In this document: one piece after another, positions 1 through 13,660 of the stretch
Layout: every line of letters begins with the position of its first letter
Position numbering within the stretch: the first letter of the stretch is position 1
Assembly (NCBI RefSeq): GCF_009914755.1
Contig: NC_060927.1
From: the human T2T-CHM13v2.0 reference genome, Homo sapiens
Direction: 5' to 3' (one strand)
DNA length: 64,000 nucleotides
Notes under the pieces: model-generated
Told to the model about the DNA's origin: nothing
The model's input: the letters and a program-made list of their open reading frames with translations, nothing else
Databases searched by the model: none
Position numbers and translations under genes: made by a program

Positions 1-899
1 GGCTGAAGATCATAGTTCCTGGTTTTACTAAGTATCCATCCTCTCAACCTTGTCCAGATCATATTATCAATAAAAAAAGAGTATTTATAGAATGCATGAC
101 TACATCAAGACTTTCAGTATGTTAATAGTGGTTTTGACTGTTTTGTCTTAAATGGTTTAGTTCATTCAATACTATCATTCAACACATTGACAATCTTAAA
201 GTATTTCTGATATTTCTGAGGTGATGACTTCCGTAATGCTTAAGCAAAATTAAACTTATTTTTAAACTATTAGTAATATTTCAGAGATAATATTTACTTC
301 AATATGTTTTGTATTAAACTTTTTATTATAAAACCAATTCTTTTTTCGGTTAAGTTATTCTATTTAGTAAATTAAACAAAATATCAAATCTAGTTGACAT
401 CTTCCCTCTCTAAAATCCATTCCCAGCTAGTCTCGCTATCCAAAGGAAACCACTATTAATTTTTTGTTTTTCTTTTAATTGCCTATTAAATGTCAAATAA
501 CGTACTTATTTTCTATGTGCTTTACTGATTTGTCAAATTAATACAATGCTTAATGAATCTCTACTAAGAAAATAAGAAATTATGCACATTCAACTTTTCT
601 TTCAATTCTTTTCCATTCCGTCTCTCACTTTGTTAGTTATATTACCATTTTTATGTTGCCAAACCTTAGCATTTTCATTCTGCTATTTAAACATTAAGTC
701 TTTTGTGCTATGTCTAGACTGATTCCAAATAATCAAATGCTAATAGGCAGCATTTACAATATGGTTTTCTAAATATTTTGTTCTATAAAGTCAGTAATAT
801 GAATGAATCCATAAAGGGGAAAATACGATGCTATGGCATTAAAAATTCATTACTTTAAAAAAAAGACTCTTCCAAATGTTTATGTTAAATAGACTCTCT

Positions 900-1500
900 T
901 TTATTTTCTGTCCAGATTCCTGCAAGCCTTTTGGGTTATATATGGTTCATGGATGATAAATTCACTGAATTCTGGCATTAGAAAACTAGAATCTATAACT
1001 GATTCTATACTTTTTCTCACATTTTCTTGATAGTTTGGCAGGGTATAGTATGTAACACTCCAAATATTTTTTTCACTCAATATTTGAAGGGATTCTTTAA
1101 TCTCTTGTTTCCTATAAGAAAATATTTGTCAGTATATGATTTTTACTAATTTAGCCCAGAAGTATTTTGTGAATACTTCCTTCCATGTAGGTACCTTTTG
1201 TTTGTCTGTAGAAGTTTTTGAATCTTTTTCTTATTCTTACAATTCACAATGTTGTATCTAGGTGTTGGTGTGTTTCACCCCTCATGAATTCTCCAGGTGT
1301 TTTTATTCTGAAACTTTTAAAATTGGGGGAATATTCTGTTGTATTCTGATTGTTCCCTCTCTCCATCACTTTTACGTTCCTTTTAGGAAACATTTTTAGA
1401 TAGATTTCAGACTCTGGCTCCTTCATGATTTTTCTCTCTTAATTTCTGTGTGCCTGTTTTAACTTTATCATATTACATTCATTTTAAAATCAATAACTTG
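900..1500 (-). mobile_element. Ancient L1M/HAL1-like ORF1 remnant
   Basis: T-rich sequence. Minus-strand ORF 1244-1426 (IYLKMFPKRNVKVMERGN..EYSPNF) loosely resembles the L1 ORF1 'IIGVPEGE..ENFP' region. Boundaries approximate. Confidence 0.4.
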
Positions 1501-2854
1501 ATTTTGAGTCAAGATTTCTTTTCTGTCACTTACTCTATATTTGTAAAAAGTCACAATGATTGTCATGTTTTCTGATTATTCTTTTTCTTTGTCAACTGTG
1601 ATAATAATTGTAAAAAATATTAGTTGTAGTGATCAAAAAGTTTTGTTCCCCAATTTTCTTAATGGGTTACATTATTTTATATATCCTTCTTTATGCTGTC
1701 GGTACCCTTTGACTATCTTTAGACTCTTTATTATTTGTATATATTTATGACTAAAAAACCTATGATGATGAAAATAAGTAAATGTTTCCTTTGACTTTGT
1801 GTAGGTCTTTACTCAACAGATCTTTGACTAGAATAAGAGCTGGGGAAAAGTATCCTGTGCCAGTTAAGGAATTGTGTAGGCAAAACAGCTTCTCCACTGG
1901 ATGTGTGTAGGGAATTTATTTGATGATATTGCATATCACTAAAATATAGAAAGAAAAAAAGACCTAGGATAATTATTCCATTGGTGGTCTAGTTGGGAAC
2001 GCATGGTGTACTGAATCTTGGCTTTTCCCTGCTCAACAGTCATTTTCTAGTGACTACTACCAAATTCCTAAGTCTTTGAGTCTCTTCCTTGACCTTTTTT
2101 TTTTTTTTCCACCATATACATTTTGAATGAAACTCTGATAATTAACCTTTAACAAGAAGGCTGTTTGTCTTGCTATTGGTATTTGATGTGCTCCTTTGAT
2201 AAATATTCTGTTGTAATTATAAATTTTATTTTATATGCTACATGAAGTTCCTATTGATCACATAAGTTTTTACCATAGGAAACAATAAAGGCCAACAATA
2301 AAATAGAAATTATAAAGAAGTGGTACATTTCCAGGAAAATAAGAGGAATATTGTTTCATGGTAGAATTCTTCAGAGCTTATTGAAAGGCTTTTGAGAAAA
2401 GTAAAGGAAGTTTAAAAACATATGAAATATAGATGAGGCAGAATAATGCTTCCTGGATGGGTAGAATGAGAAAAAGTTCTTAATGGCAAATGAAAAACCA
2501 TGGTTAAAAATCTTTGGTACTTGGTTTTTTACCTTCTAGACCTCTTTTAATGAATGAGTAGTGTAAATATAAATAAGACAAGGTAATATTTGTCCTTTAT
2601 AAGGAAAAACTAAGTAAAATGTTGATGAATTCTTCTGAAATATACTTCATAACTATATAGTGTACTCATTTGAAGACCAGAGTTGATGCCATAAATACTT
2701 TGCTCAATTCAATGTCAGAATGTCAATGCTTGCTTGATTAGAAGACCACTTATTTTCATTTCATTCTTCTTTAAAGACCACATTATATACTTTCCCAGCT
2801 TGCATTAGCTTCTCACTGTGAAGTGATCTTTCATGTTAAAAAAAGAAAATATTT

Positions 2855-5800
2855 TCCACCCCAAAATGGCAGATTAGAGGTTTTCAGCATACCCAGGCCA
2901 CTAGGAAATAGTAAGATAGGGCATAAAGATCAATTCTACAAGCTTTAATTCAAGAAGGAAAATGGGAATCCATTGGAATCATGAAGGACACCCCAGGTCC
3001 CAGGGAGGAGAATGTGGGCAAACAGCCCCTGTGATGGTGTTCAGCTGATGAAAGTGAGTGAAGCCCCAGTATGTGTGAGAGGAAGAGAGCCTCCCTCTGT
3101 GACTCACCCTTCCACAGGGATCCAAGCAACCCAGACCAAGTGAGAGCACTTTGTTTCTTTCAAGCCCTGGAGATAATTTGGGGAGAGGCTTAGAATACTT
3201 GTGAGAGGAAGACACTGGGAAAATCTGCAGACATTTTGCAGTCCTGAAACTGAGAGTAGCATGCTATTTTTAATCTGGGCACAAAGTTAGTCATTTTTTG
3301 GTGACCCAGAAGCATGGCCAAGCAGGCATTTAGTCTCAAGCCAGAGATTGGAGCACCTGCTCTGCAATAAGGTAGGGGCCTCCATAGCCAGAACTGTGCA
3401 AACTGTCTCAGTGTAAGCACTGGAATTATGCTCTCCCTGGGGGAGGAGGAGAGCTGCTACAGCTGTAAATTCTCTTGACAACAAGACTTGCAGCCAGGGC
3501 CAGCTTGGCAAGCTGGAACTGGTTTGCATGTGTCATTGCTAGGTGCCCCTGCCTGCTGTCATGAGATCGTGGTCCACTTCACTCCCAGGCATAAATCCAG
3601 GCATTTGGAGGATCTTTTTTTTCTGGACCAGCAGCCTGAGTCACCCCACCTTTCTTCACCATAGATTGTGGTGCAGGAGGGCCCTCTGTGCTCCATGCCC
3701 AGGCAGATCTCCAGGCATTCAGAAGTTGAGATCCAAAAATCCACACAAAAAAATCGATGAAACAAAAGTTTGTTTTTTGAAAGGATAAACAAAATTGATA
3801 GACAGCTTGCTTGATTAGCAAAGAACAAAAGAGAGAAGATCCAAATGAACACTATCAGAAACAACAAAGGTGACCTTACAACTGATCCCACAGAAATACA
3901 AAAGACCCTTAGAGATCATTATGAATACCTCTATGCAAACAAACTAGAAAATCTAGAGGAAATGGATACATTCCTAGAAACACATTTCCCAAGGTTCAAT
4001 AAAGAAGGACCTGAAACTCTGAACAGATAAATATTGAGTTCCAAAACTGAATCAGTGATTAAAAAAACCTACCAACCCCCGCAACTGCAAAAAAAAAGCC
4101 CAGGACCAGATGGATTCAGAGCCAAATCATACTAGATGCACAAAGAAGAGCTGGCACTAATTCTACAAAAAGTATTAAAAAAAATAATAATCTAGGAGGA
4201 GAGACTCCTCCCTAACTTATTCTACAAAGCTAGCATCATCCTGATACCAAAACCTGGCAAAGATACAATGAAAAAAGAAAACTACAGGCCAATATTCCTG
4301 ATCAACAGAGATTTAAATATCCTCAACAAAATACTAATAAACTGAATTCAACAGCATATCAAAAAGCTAATTTATTATGATCAAATAGGCTTCATTCCTG
4401 GGATGCAGTGTTGGTTCAACATACACAAATCAACAAATGTGATTCACCACTTAAGCAGAATTAAAGACAAAAACAATATGCTTATCCCAATACATGTGGA
4501 AAAAGCTTTTGATAAAATCCAATATTCCTTCATGATAAAAACACTCAAGAAACTAGGCAGTGAAGGAACATACCTCAAAATAATAAGAGCCATCTATGAC
4601 AAACCCACAGCCAATCTCATATGGAATGGGCAAAACCTAGAAGCATTCTCCTTGAGAACTGGTACAAGAAAAGGATGCCCACTTTCACCACTCCTATTCA
4701 ATATAGTATTGGAAGTCTGAGCCAGAACAAACAGGCAACAGAAATAAATAAAAGCATCCAAATTGGAAAAGAAATCAAACTATTTCTCTTCATGGACAAT
4801 GTAAAGCTATAACTAGAAAACCCTAAACACTCTGCCAAATGCTCCTGAAAGTGATAAACAGCTTCAACAGTTCATATACCAATAACATTCAAGCTGAGAG
4901 TTAAATCAAGAGCACAATCCCGTTTACAATAGTCACACCAAAAAAGAAAAAAAAAAACCTAGGAGATCTAACAAGGAGGTAGAAGATCTCTGCAGGGAGA
5001 ACTACAAAACACTGTTAACAGAAATAGTAGATGACACAAACAAATGTAAAAACCTTATATGCTCATAGGATTGGAAGAATCAATATCATTCAAATGATCA
5101 TATGTCCAAAGCAATCCAAGATTCAACATTATTCTTATCAAACTACCAATGTTATTCTTCATAGGATTAGGAAAAAACTGTTCTAAAATTTATATGAAAC
5201 CAAAAAAGATCAAATAGCCAGATCAATCTAAAGCAAAAAGGACAAAGTTGGAGGTGTCTGTCACATTACCTGACTTCAAACTATACTATAAGGCTATGGT
5301 AACCAAAACAGCATGGTACTGGTGCAAAAACTGGAACACAGAATCCAGAATCCAGAGATAAAGCTGCATCCCTGTAGCCCTCTGATCTTCGACAAAGTTG
5401 ACATAAATAAGCAATGTTGAAAGGACTCCCTATTAAATAAGTGGAACTGGAATAGCTGGCTAGCCATATGCAGAAGAAGACCCCTTCATTTTACCATGTA
5501 CAAAAATTAACTCAAAATGGATTAAATATAATACCTCAAAGTATAAGAGTTCTAGAAGAAAGCCATTCTGGATATTGGCCTTGGGAAAGAATTTATGGCC
5601 AAGTCTTCAAAAGCAGTTGCAACAAAAACAAAAATTGACAAATGAGATCAAATTAAAGAGATTCTGCACAGCAAGAGAAACTATCAACAGAGTAAATGGA
5701 CAACTTACAGAATGGCAGAAATATTTACAAACTACGCATCCAACAAACATCTAATATCTAGAATCTATAAGGAACTTGAACAATTCAACAGGCAAAAAAC

Positions 5801-6600
5801 AACCCCATAAAAAAGTAAGCAAAATACGTGAACAGATACCACTCAAATGAAGTCATACAAGTGGCCAACAAACATATGAAAAAATGCTCCACATCACTAA
5901 TCATCACAGAAATGCAAATCAAAACCACAATGAGATACCATCTCACTCCAGTCAGAATGGCTATTATTAAAAAGTCAAGAAACAACAGATGCTGATGAGG
6001 CTGTGGAGAAAAGGGAACACTTATGCACTGTTTGTTGGAAAGTAAATTAGTTCAGCCACTGTGAAAAGCAGGCTGGAGATTTCTCAAAGAACTTAAAACA
6101 GAGCTACCGTTTGACCCAGCAATCCCATCACCATATATATATTCAAAAGAAAATAACAGCAAAGACATGGAATCAACCTAGATGCTCATCAATGGTGGAC
6201 TGGATAAAGAAAAGATGGTATATACACCATGAAATACTATGGAGCCATAAAAAGAAACAAAATTATGTTATTTGCAGTAACATGGATGCAGCTGGAGGCC
6301 ATTATCCTTAGCGAATTAACATGGGAACAGAAAATAAAATACCATGTGTTCTCACTCATAAGGGGGAGCTAAACATTGTGTACCTGTGGACATAATGTGG
6401 CAACAATAGACACGGGACTACTAGACAGGGGAAGAATGAAGAAGGGTAAGGTCTGGAATACTAATTATTGGGTACTATGTTCATTACCTGTGTGATGGGA
6501 TCAATTATTATCTCAAACCTCACCATCATGCAATATTCACAGGTCACAAACCAACACATATACCCCCCAATATGAAATAAAAATTTAAACTAAAAAAAAA
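2855..6600 (+). mobile_element. Old L1PA (approx. L1PA15/16) with 5'UTR and 3' end but large internal deletion
   Basis: 5' end 'ccaaaatggcagattagagg'. ORF2 fragments 3845-4030 ([18 protein letters not shown]) and 4403-4720 ([29 protein letters not shown]). L1PA-type 3'UTR, AATAAA and A-tail at ~6576-6600. Degenerate TSD aaaaaaagaaa at 2838 and 6594. Confidence 0.92.
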
Positions 6601-7325
6601 GAAACAATACCTAGCTATTAATACGTGGAGTGTGATTAATAAGAAAAAATTTAGGTAGTTCTAAATGAACCCTAATAATATTTTATTGCAATCACATTAT
6701 TTTCACTTATTATAATTGTGTTTGACTACCAAAACAACAGTTGAAATAAAAAATATTATTTCACTAGTAGAAAAACCAACTGGTAATTCTTGAGAGTTCA
6801 TGTTTTTAGGAACAAACAGAAGGTACTAGCTGAGACAAGAATGTCAACACCGTTGAGTTGAATTGAATTCACTTTGTCTCCAAAGGTCCAACATATTGTC
6901 TTGATGTTCTGTAGCTCTTGATGCCCAAATGTATAGATTTTTCTTGGTTAAAGGTCACTGATTTTTCTTTATAGGCATGGAGTCAAAAGAAAGTAAAGAA
7001 AACTACTGACCTACTGTAATGCATTTGTGTTTGTATGTGTGTGTGTATTTATGAGAAATGTTTCAGGGACGGATCTATCTACCCTTTGCTGTTGGTCCAT
7101 TTTGTCATTGGCACTTTATGTTGTAAGATGCATGCTGGCATGCAAGGGTGAAAAAATTATTAGTCAATAGAAGACTTTGGTGCTTGTCAGGCTTTATTGC
7201 CACTGTGCTGATCAACTGAGCAAAAATTGTCACAGAACAAAAACTTCCTATAATATTTGTTTTTGTGTTTTAGAAGGCTACATTATGCTAATTTTGGCCT
7301 AAGAGCCCATTTATTTTGTGATGTT

Positions 7326-7380
7326 TATTGTATTGTATTGTATTGTATTGTATTGTATTGTATTGTATTGTATTGTATTG
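7326..7380. repeat. (TATTG)11 pentanucleotide microsatellite
   Basis: Eleven perfect TATTG units read directly. Confidence 0.97.
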
Positions 7381-9329
7381 GTATAAATCCATAGAAAGTA
7401 TTATTAAAAAATAAAAACAAAGGTAATTTTATAGTATTTCCTTGGCTGATGTTAACTGTATTTGGAAAAGCTGACCTCTGCTTTATGCAGATACTTAAAA
7501 TATAATATCAAAAACTGAAATGACTCTAAGAAGCCAAATGTGGAGGAAATTCATTCTACAAATTATTATTTTATGGTTCTAAGTAATGCTGATCTTCTTG
7601 TTAACAAATCACAGGAGTTTTGCATTTTTTTGTTAATTCATTAAGGCTTGTTACTCTGATTGATCCTGTAGCTTGGGAATGCATCATTCTCTAGCAGTAA
7701 TTTATGATATATGCAAAGAAACCAGGCCTCGTTTTCTCTTTGCCTAGTAATCTCTGCATGGACCTAGAACCTTTCTCTGGATAATCCACCTGAAGCCCAG
7801 TCTTGAGTTTTTGAAGTTCTTGCTCAATACCAGTGACTATAAACATGATTGGAGGGTCTAACACATAAATATAAAAAACAAAAAATTACTTCAAAATAAG
7901 TAGTAATAATCAAGAATGTTCCCTGCATGCATTTTGAACCAAATATTTATGAAATATTTGCAAAATATGTGTTTATGACATATACACATTGTGTTTGGCT
8001 CATTTCAGTGTGGGAACATAGAGACTTTTGGCTCTCTTTGTATCAGTAGGGAGACAGATTCATGACAAAGCATCCTTCAACAAAGCTATAGTTTTCAAGC
8101 CATAGCTGATTGAAAACCTTTTCATGAATTCTATTCATACTGTACTTACCAGTGTCCTTAACTCAGTTGCACTTGAATTTTAGTACATTTCAAAAGGTTC
8201 ATTCAACTACCCTTAAATTGAAAATGATGCCTACGCATAAACAACATTAATATGGACATTTAAATGAAACTTTCAAGGAGACTGAGAGAGACTGCAGAAT
8301 AGGAAGGCATACAACCTTCTACCAAATACCTTATTTTCAATATATTTTGCTTTCTTGATGTGCATAGCTACCAAAAGTTATAAGAAAAGATTTTGTATAG
8401 AGAGACAAAACAATGTTCCTGGTGTCACATACATTATAGCAACAAGGTTAGCCATGAGACAAAGACGTTTTGAAAAGCATATTGTATGTATTGAATACAC
8501 AGTTACATATATTGTTATAAACTTTATATGTATTTTCAAAACTCACAGAATGAATTAAATTGATATCATGATGCTTTTTAACAGAACTCAGCATGTGTAA
8601 ATGCTATTATTTTTGAAAGCTTAAAATTTTTTTTCAGTTGCTTGTTACGTGGACAGATAGAACGTGACCTCTACCTTGCATATCTTCATGAGAAAAAAAC
8701 ACAATGCATTTGTGATGGGTAATTTCACATTTCAAGTTTGAAAAGTCCTGTTCCATAAAATACTAATTTTTGCCCTCCTTTTAACTGTTACTGAGTCAAG
8801 ACTCTCTAGATACAATTTTAAAAATTTAAAATTTCAGGAAGGGAAGGAAAAGAAAAGCAATGTGATTTGCAACTAGAATAGGAGAGGTTTAACAAACTTA
8901 GGAGATTCTTGGGAACTTATAGGTACAGTCTCTAAAGCATCATGTACAAAAATTTTGTTTTATGGGTAAAAGAAAAACACAGATATCGAAGGCAATATAG
9001 AAACTGAAAAGTTGTAATGGGAAGAATTATTTTGAATATGTTTACAGAAAAACAAATACTAAACAAACAAACAAACAGAAACCTTAGATCTTCTGCTTTG
9101 CCCAGAAAATATAATTAGGTAAGTCATAGACTTGAAACAAATGACCTCAAAACATAACTATTTCAAATGATATATCAAATATAACATAATATGGGAGGTA
9201 AAAAAACATGTATTTTTATTCTTGTTATATTTGTGTAATGAAAAATTATATCTAATGTTCCTATAATTGTTTGATTTGTCATGGAGGAAAAGACAATCAG
9301 TCGCTTGTGAATGCATTCCATATTCCAGG

Positions 9330-9760
9330 AACTTTGCCTGATGCTTCTAGTACTTCTCATTTAATTATCTTGAAACTCTAAGAAGAAATCATTTTATTCC
9401 CCCCTTTTACAGATGAGGATCACATGACTTGGACACTTGCCCAGTTTCAGTTTTATCCCCCTAACTAGGGGCAGGTTGTCACTACAAACCATGGTCTTTC
9501 TGACTTGAAGTTTGATGTTCCTTCCACTTTGCTATGCTGACATCCTAAGTTTTCAAGGCTTATAACTCTGTATATTATCTCATTTGATTCTCATGTGTAT
9601 TATCTTGTTTGATTCTCATGAGAACTGTGTAAAATTTATTAAACAGAAATGGATATTCTCATTTTAAAGATAAGAAAATGAAAATAAACAATAGATAAAC
9701 TAACATCCTATTTCTAATTTGTGACAGAAGTGGTTTTTTTAAAATCCAAGTTTCAAATAT
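9330..9760 (-). mobile_element. Two MIR fragments
   Basis: MIR-core-like motifs 'ttttacagatgagg' (9406) and 'tctcattttaaagataagaaaatga' (~9658). Confidence 0.55.
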
Positions 9761-10554
9761 TAGAGGAATGTATTTTCTATGTCAGATTATGCCTCTAATG
9801 GCAATATGATGGAAGACAATATTCTAATATAGAGATAATTCAGAGCCAGGGTCTAAGTGGTATCCTCATTCAGGATTTGTGTGTATCCTGGATTGTTTGG
9901 GTAATGTTGATTCTACTGTCATTTACCAGAGGGTTTCTTGTACCTGAGAGGACAGAACCTGATGAGATGCTGTCTGGTGGTAACCCGGGCCCTGGCTCAA
10001 TACCGTCTAACACTTTGAAACAGTGCCCTCCCATTTTTCCAAGGCAGACTTAAGGGGAAGTTCTGGGAGAACAAGGTAAGTATGGGGAATCTAGTTTGGG
10101 AATGAGAAGAGGACTGTATTTGTAGGCAATGCATCATCAGTTCATTAGGTTCTGACCAAAATTCCCTTCATGTCTTACCTCTTCCTGATACTCATAGAAA
10201 TTACAGAGGGGAAAAATATGTTGAGTAAAAATGTAGTATCATTAAATACACTGCAAAAATTGGGAAATGTAAAATCACTGTTTTGTGGCCTAAAACAAAG
10301 GTTGAATCAGATTGAGGGAAGGCATGGCTTCAGACTTTAGCATTTTCACTTATAGAGAAAGACCACAAAGTAGAGATCACATAGATGGTGGCCAAAAGTG
10401 AGATAAGACCAGCCTTTGAGAGCCCTGTGAACAAGGTCAGCTCAGCAAGAATCTTCTTATTTTGTATTTAGATTTTTGTGGTTTCCAGGTAATAAATATA
10501 ACATCTGCAAATAGTGTGGTGAACATTTTCTAATTATAACAACAGTCATGTGGT

Positions 10555-10700
10555 ACTAATATTTATTGAGTGCTTAACAGATGTCAGAAAGAGAACTGTG
10601 TTTTCCGTGTATTATCTCATTTAGTTCCTGCATAACATTTATGTTCAGGTATGATTATTATTTTTGTTGTACACATGAAAACGATGGAGGCACATGCTTA
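10555..10700 (-). mobile_element. MIR fragment
   Basis: 'taatatttattgagtgctta..tattatctcatttagttcctgcataac' matches the MIR 3' end in reverse complement. Confidence 0.6.
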
Positions 10701-10770
10701 ACTGCTAGGTGTTACTTCTTCCACACAGATTGTTTTTTAATCAGAAATTAATTTATTACTATATCACAGG

Positions 10771-13005
10771 TGTATTAGTCCATTTTCACACGCTGATAAA
10801 GACATACCCGAGATGGGGAAGAAAGAAAGGTTTAATGGACTTATGGTTCCATGTGGCTGGGGACTTCTCACAATCATCCAGAAAGTGAAAGGCATGTATC
10901 ACATGGCGGCAGACAAGAGAATAGAGTTTGTGCAGGGAAACTCTCCCTTATATAATCATCAGATCTCATGAGACTTATCCACTATCACAAGAACAGCATA
11001 GGAAAAACCTGTCCCCATGACTCAGTTACCTCCCAATGGGTCCCTCCCACAACACATGGGAATTCAAGATGAGATTTGGGTGGGGACACAGCCAAACCAT
11101 ATAATTCTACCACTGACCCCTCCCAAATCTCATGTCCTCGCATTTATAAACCAATCATGCTTTCCCAACAGTTCCGCAAAATCTTAACTCATTTCAGCAT
11201 CAACTCAAAAGTCCACAGTACATAGTCTCATTTGAGACAAGGCAAGTCCCTTCTGCCTATGAGTCTGTAAAATCAAAAGCAAGTTAGTTACTTCCTAGAT
11301 ACAACTGGGATAGAGGCATGTGGTAAATACAGCTGTTCTAAATGGGAAAAATTGGCCAAAACAAAGGGGCTACAGGCCCCATGCAAGTCTGAAATCTAGC
11401 AGGGTGGTCAAATCTTAAAGCTCCTAAATGATCTCCTTTGACTCCAGGTCTCACATCCAGGTCACGCTGATGCAAGAGATGGGCTCCCACAGCCTTGGGT
11501 AACTCTGCCCCTGTGGATTTGCAGGGTATAGCCCCACTTCTGGCTGCTTTCATGGGCTGGGATTTATTGTTTGTGGCTTTTCCAGGCACACGGTTCAAGC
11601 TGTCGGTGGATCTACCATTCTGAGGTCTGGAGGATGGTGGCCCTCTTCTCGCAGCTCCACTAGGTGGTGCCCCAGTAGGGATCTGTGTGGGGCCTCTGAC
11701 CCCACATTTCCCTTCCCTGCTGCCCTACCAGAGGTTCTCCATGAGAGCCCTGCCCCTGCAGCAAACTTCTGCCTGGACATCCAGGTGTTTCAATACATCT
11801 TCTGAAATCTAGGGGGAGGTTCCCAAACCTCAATTTTTGACTTCTGTGTACTTGCAGACTCAACACCACATGGAAGCTGCCAAGGCTTGGGGCTTGCAAC
11901 ATCTGAAGCCATGTCCTGAGTTCTATGTTGGCCCCTTTCAGCCATGCCTGGAGCAGCTGGGACGCAGAGCACCAAATCTCTAGGCTACACCAGCACGGGG
12001 ATCCTGGGCCTGGCCCATGAAACCACTTTTTTCCTCCTAGGCCTCCAGGCCTGTGATGGTAGGGGCTGGCGTGAAGACCTCTGACAAGCCTTGGAGACAT
12101 TTTCCCCATTGTCTTGGGGATTAACATTTGGCTCCTTGTTACTTAAGCAAATTTCTGCAGCCAGCTTGAATTTCTCCTCAGAAAATAAGACTTTGTTTTC
12201 TATTGCATTGTCAGGCTGCAAATTTTCCAAACTTTTATGCCCTGTTCCCCTTTTAAAACTGAATGCCTTCACAGTACCAAAGTCATCTCTTGAATCCTTT
12301 GGTGCTTAGAAATTTCTTCCACCAGATACCCTAAATCATCTCTTTCAAGTTCAAAGCTCCACAAATCTCTAGAGCAGGAGAAAAATGCCACAAGACTCTT
12401 TGCTAGAAGATAACAAGAGTCACCTTTGGTCCAGTTCCCAACAAGTTCCTCATCTCCATCTGAGACCATCTCAGCCTGGATTTTATTGTCCATATCATTA
12501 TTAGCATTTTGGTCAAAGCCATTCAACAAGTCTCTAGGGAGTTCCAAACTTTCCCACATTTTCCTGTCTTCTTCTGAGCCCTCCAGACTGTTCCAACCTC
12601 TAACTGATAACCAGTTCCAAAGTCGCTTCCACATTTTTGTGTATTTTCTCAGCAGTGCCCCACTCTGTGGTACCAATTTACTGTATTCGCCCATTTTCAC
12701 ACTGCTGATAAAGACATACCTGAGACTGGGAGGGAAAAAAGGTTTAAAGGATTTATAGTTTCATGTGGCTGAGGATGTCTCACAATCATGGTGGAAGGTG
12801 AAAGGAAGGTGAAAGAAGAGAACTTGTGTGGGGAAACTCTCCCTTATGTAATCATAATATCTCATGAGACTTACTCACTATCATGAGAACAGCACAGGAA
12901 AGACCTGCCCCTGTGATTCAATTACCTCCCACCAGGTCCCTCCCACAACATGGGGGAATTCAAGATAAGATTTGAGTGGGGACGCTGCTTAACCACATTG
13001 ACAGG
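10771..13005 (-). mobile_element. Full-length THE1 (MaLR) element: 3'LTR 10771-11104, internal 11105-12681, 5'LTR 12682-13000
   Basis: Two homologous LTRs (tgtattagtcc...aaccata) around a ~1.58 kb THE1 internal region. Degenerate MaLR ORF 12269-12700 (GWNSLEGSEEDRKMWESLELPRDLLNGFDQNA). 5-bp TSD ACAGG at 10766-10770 and 13001-13005. Confidence 0.96.
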
Positions 13006-13339
13006 CTATTAAAAGAAATATAGCAAATTGAAAAAATAAATGTTAAAATACTGTATTTTTAATTTAAGCTTTCAATTAATATAGCTTTATTTAACATAGC
13101 CAAATAAAACATGAATTTTTACAAACTATGAAAAGGACAAAAATTTACTTTAAAACTACACTTAATAATTTCAAATATTTGTGGTATTTAAAGTGAAAAA
13201 ACAAAGAAAAATCATTTTATCTGCCTAGGTCAAAACCAAAATTTGGATTTTTATTTGCATAACTGAATTCTATTTGAAAAGCTAATATCTCTCATATGTC
13301 CTCCAAAGTCTAATTGTAATTCAGTGACTGCTGAATACC

Positions 13340-13660
13340 ATCTTAATTCATTCTTTTACACTATTATTAATTATTTGTGAAGTACCTACTAAGAGCATTA
13401 ATTCTCTATTGATTGCCAGGGATGGAGAATGTGAAAAGTCATAAACTCTGCCTTTAACTAGTTGATATTATAGAGAGAAAACAAGTAATATGTTAAGTAC
13501 TGTAGCAGAAGAAACAGACTTCTGGGAGAGCAGTGAGAAAGCCATGCTTATCTCAGCTGAGAAGGGTGGGGGAGTTTCTGCAGAGAAGACAGCACCTAAG
13601 CTGAAAGATGCTGGTCCATTGTAAGCCCAGAAAGGAATAGTATTCCAGATGGAGGATTAT
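13340..13660 (-). mobile_element. L2 3' fragment
   Basis: 'attcattc..ttatttgtgaagtacctact..ctctgcctttaactagttgat' resembles the L2 3' end in reverse complement. Confidence 0.5.

Noticed and set aside
9940-10085. Possible exon ending at AAG|GTAAGT (~10076)
   Set aside because: An isolated donor-like motif with no ORF or partner exon. A lncRNA exon cannot be supported from sequence alone.
11338-12758. Cluster of overlapping ORFs as a gene or operon
   Set aside because: These are frameshifted pieces of THE1 internal sequence, repeated at 33477-34877.
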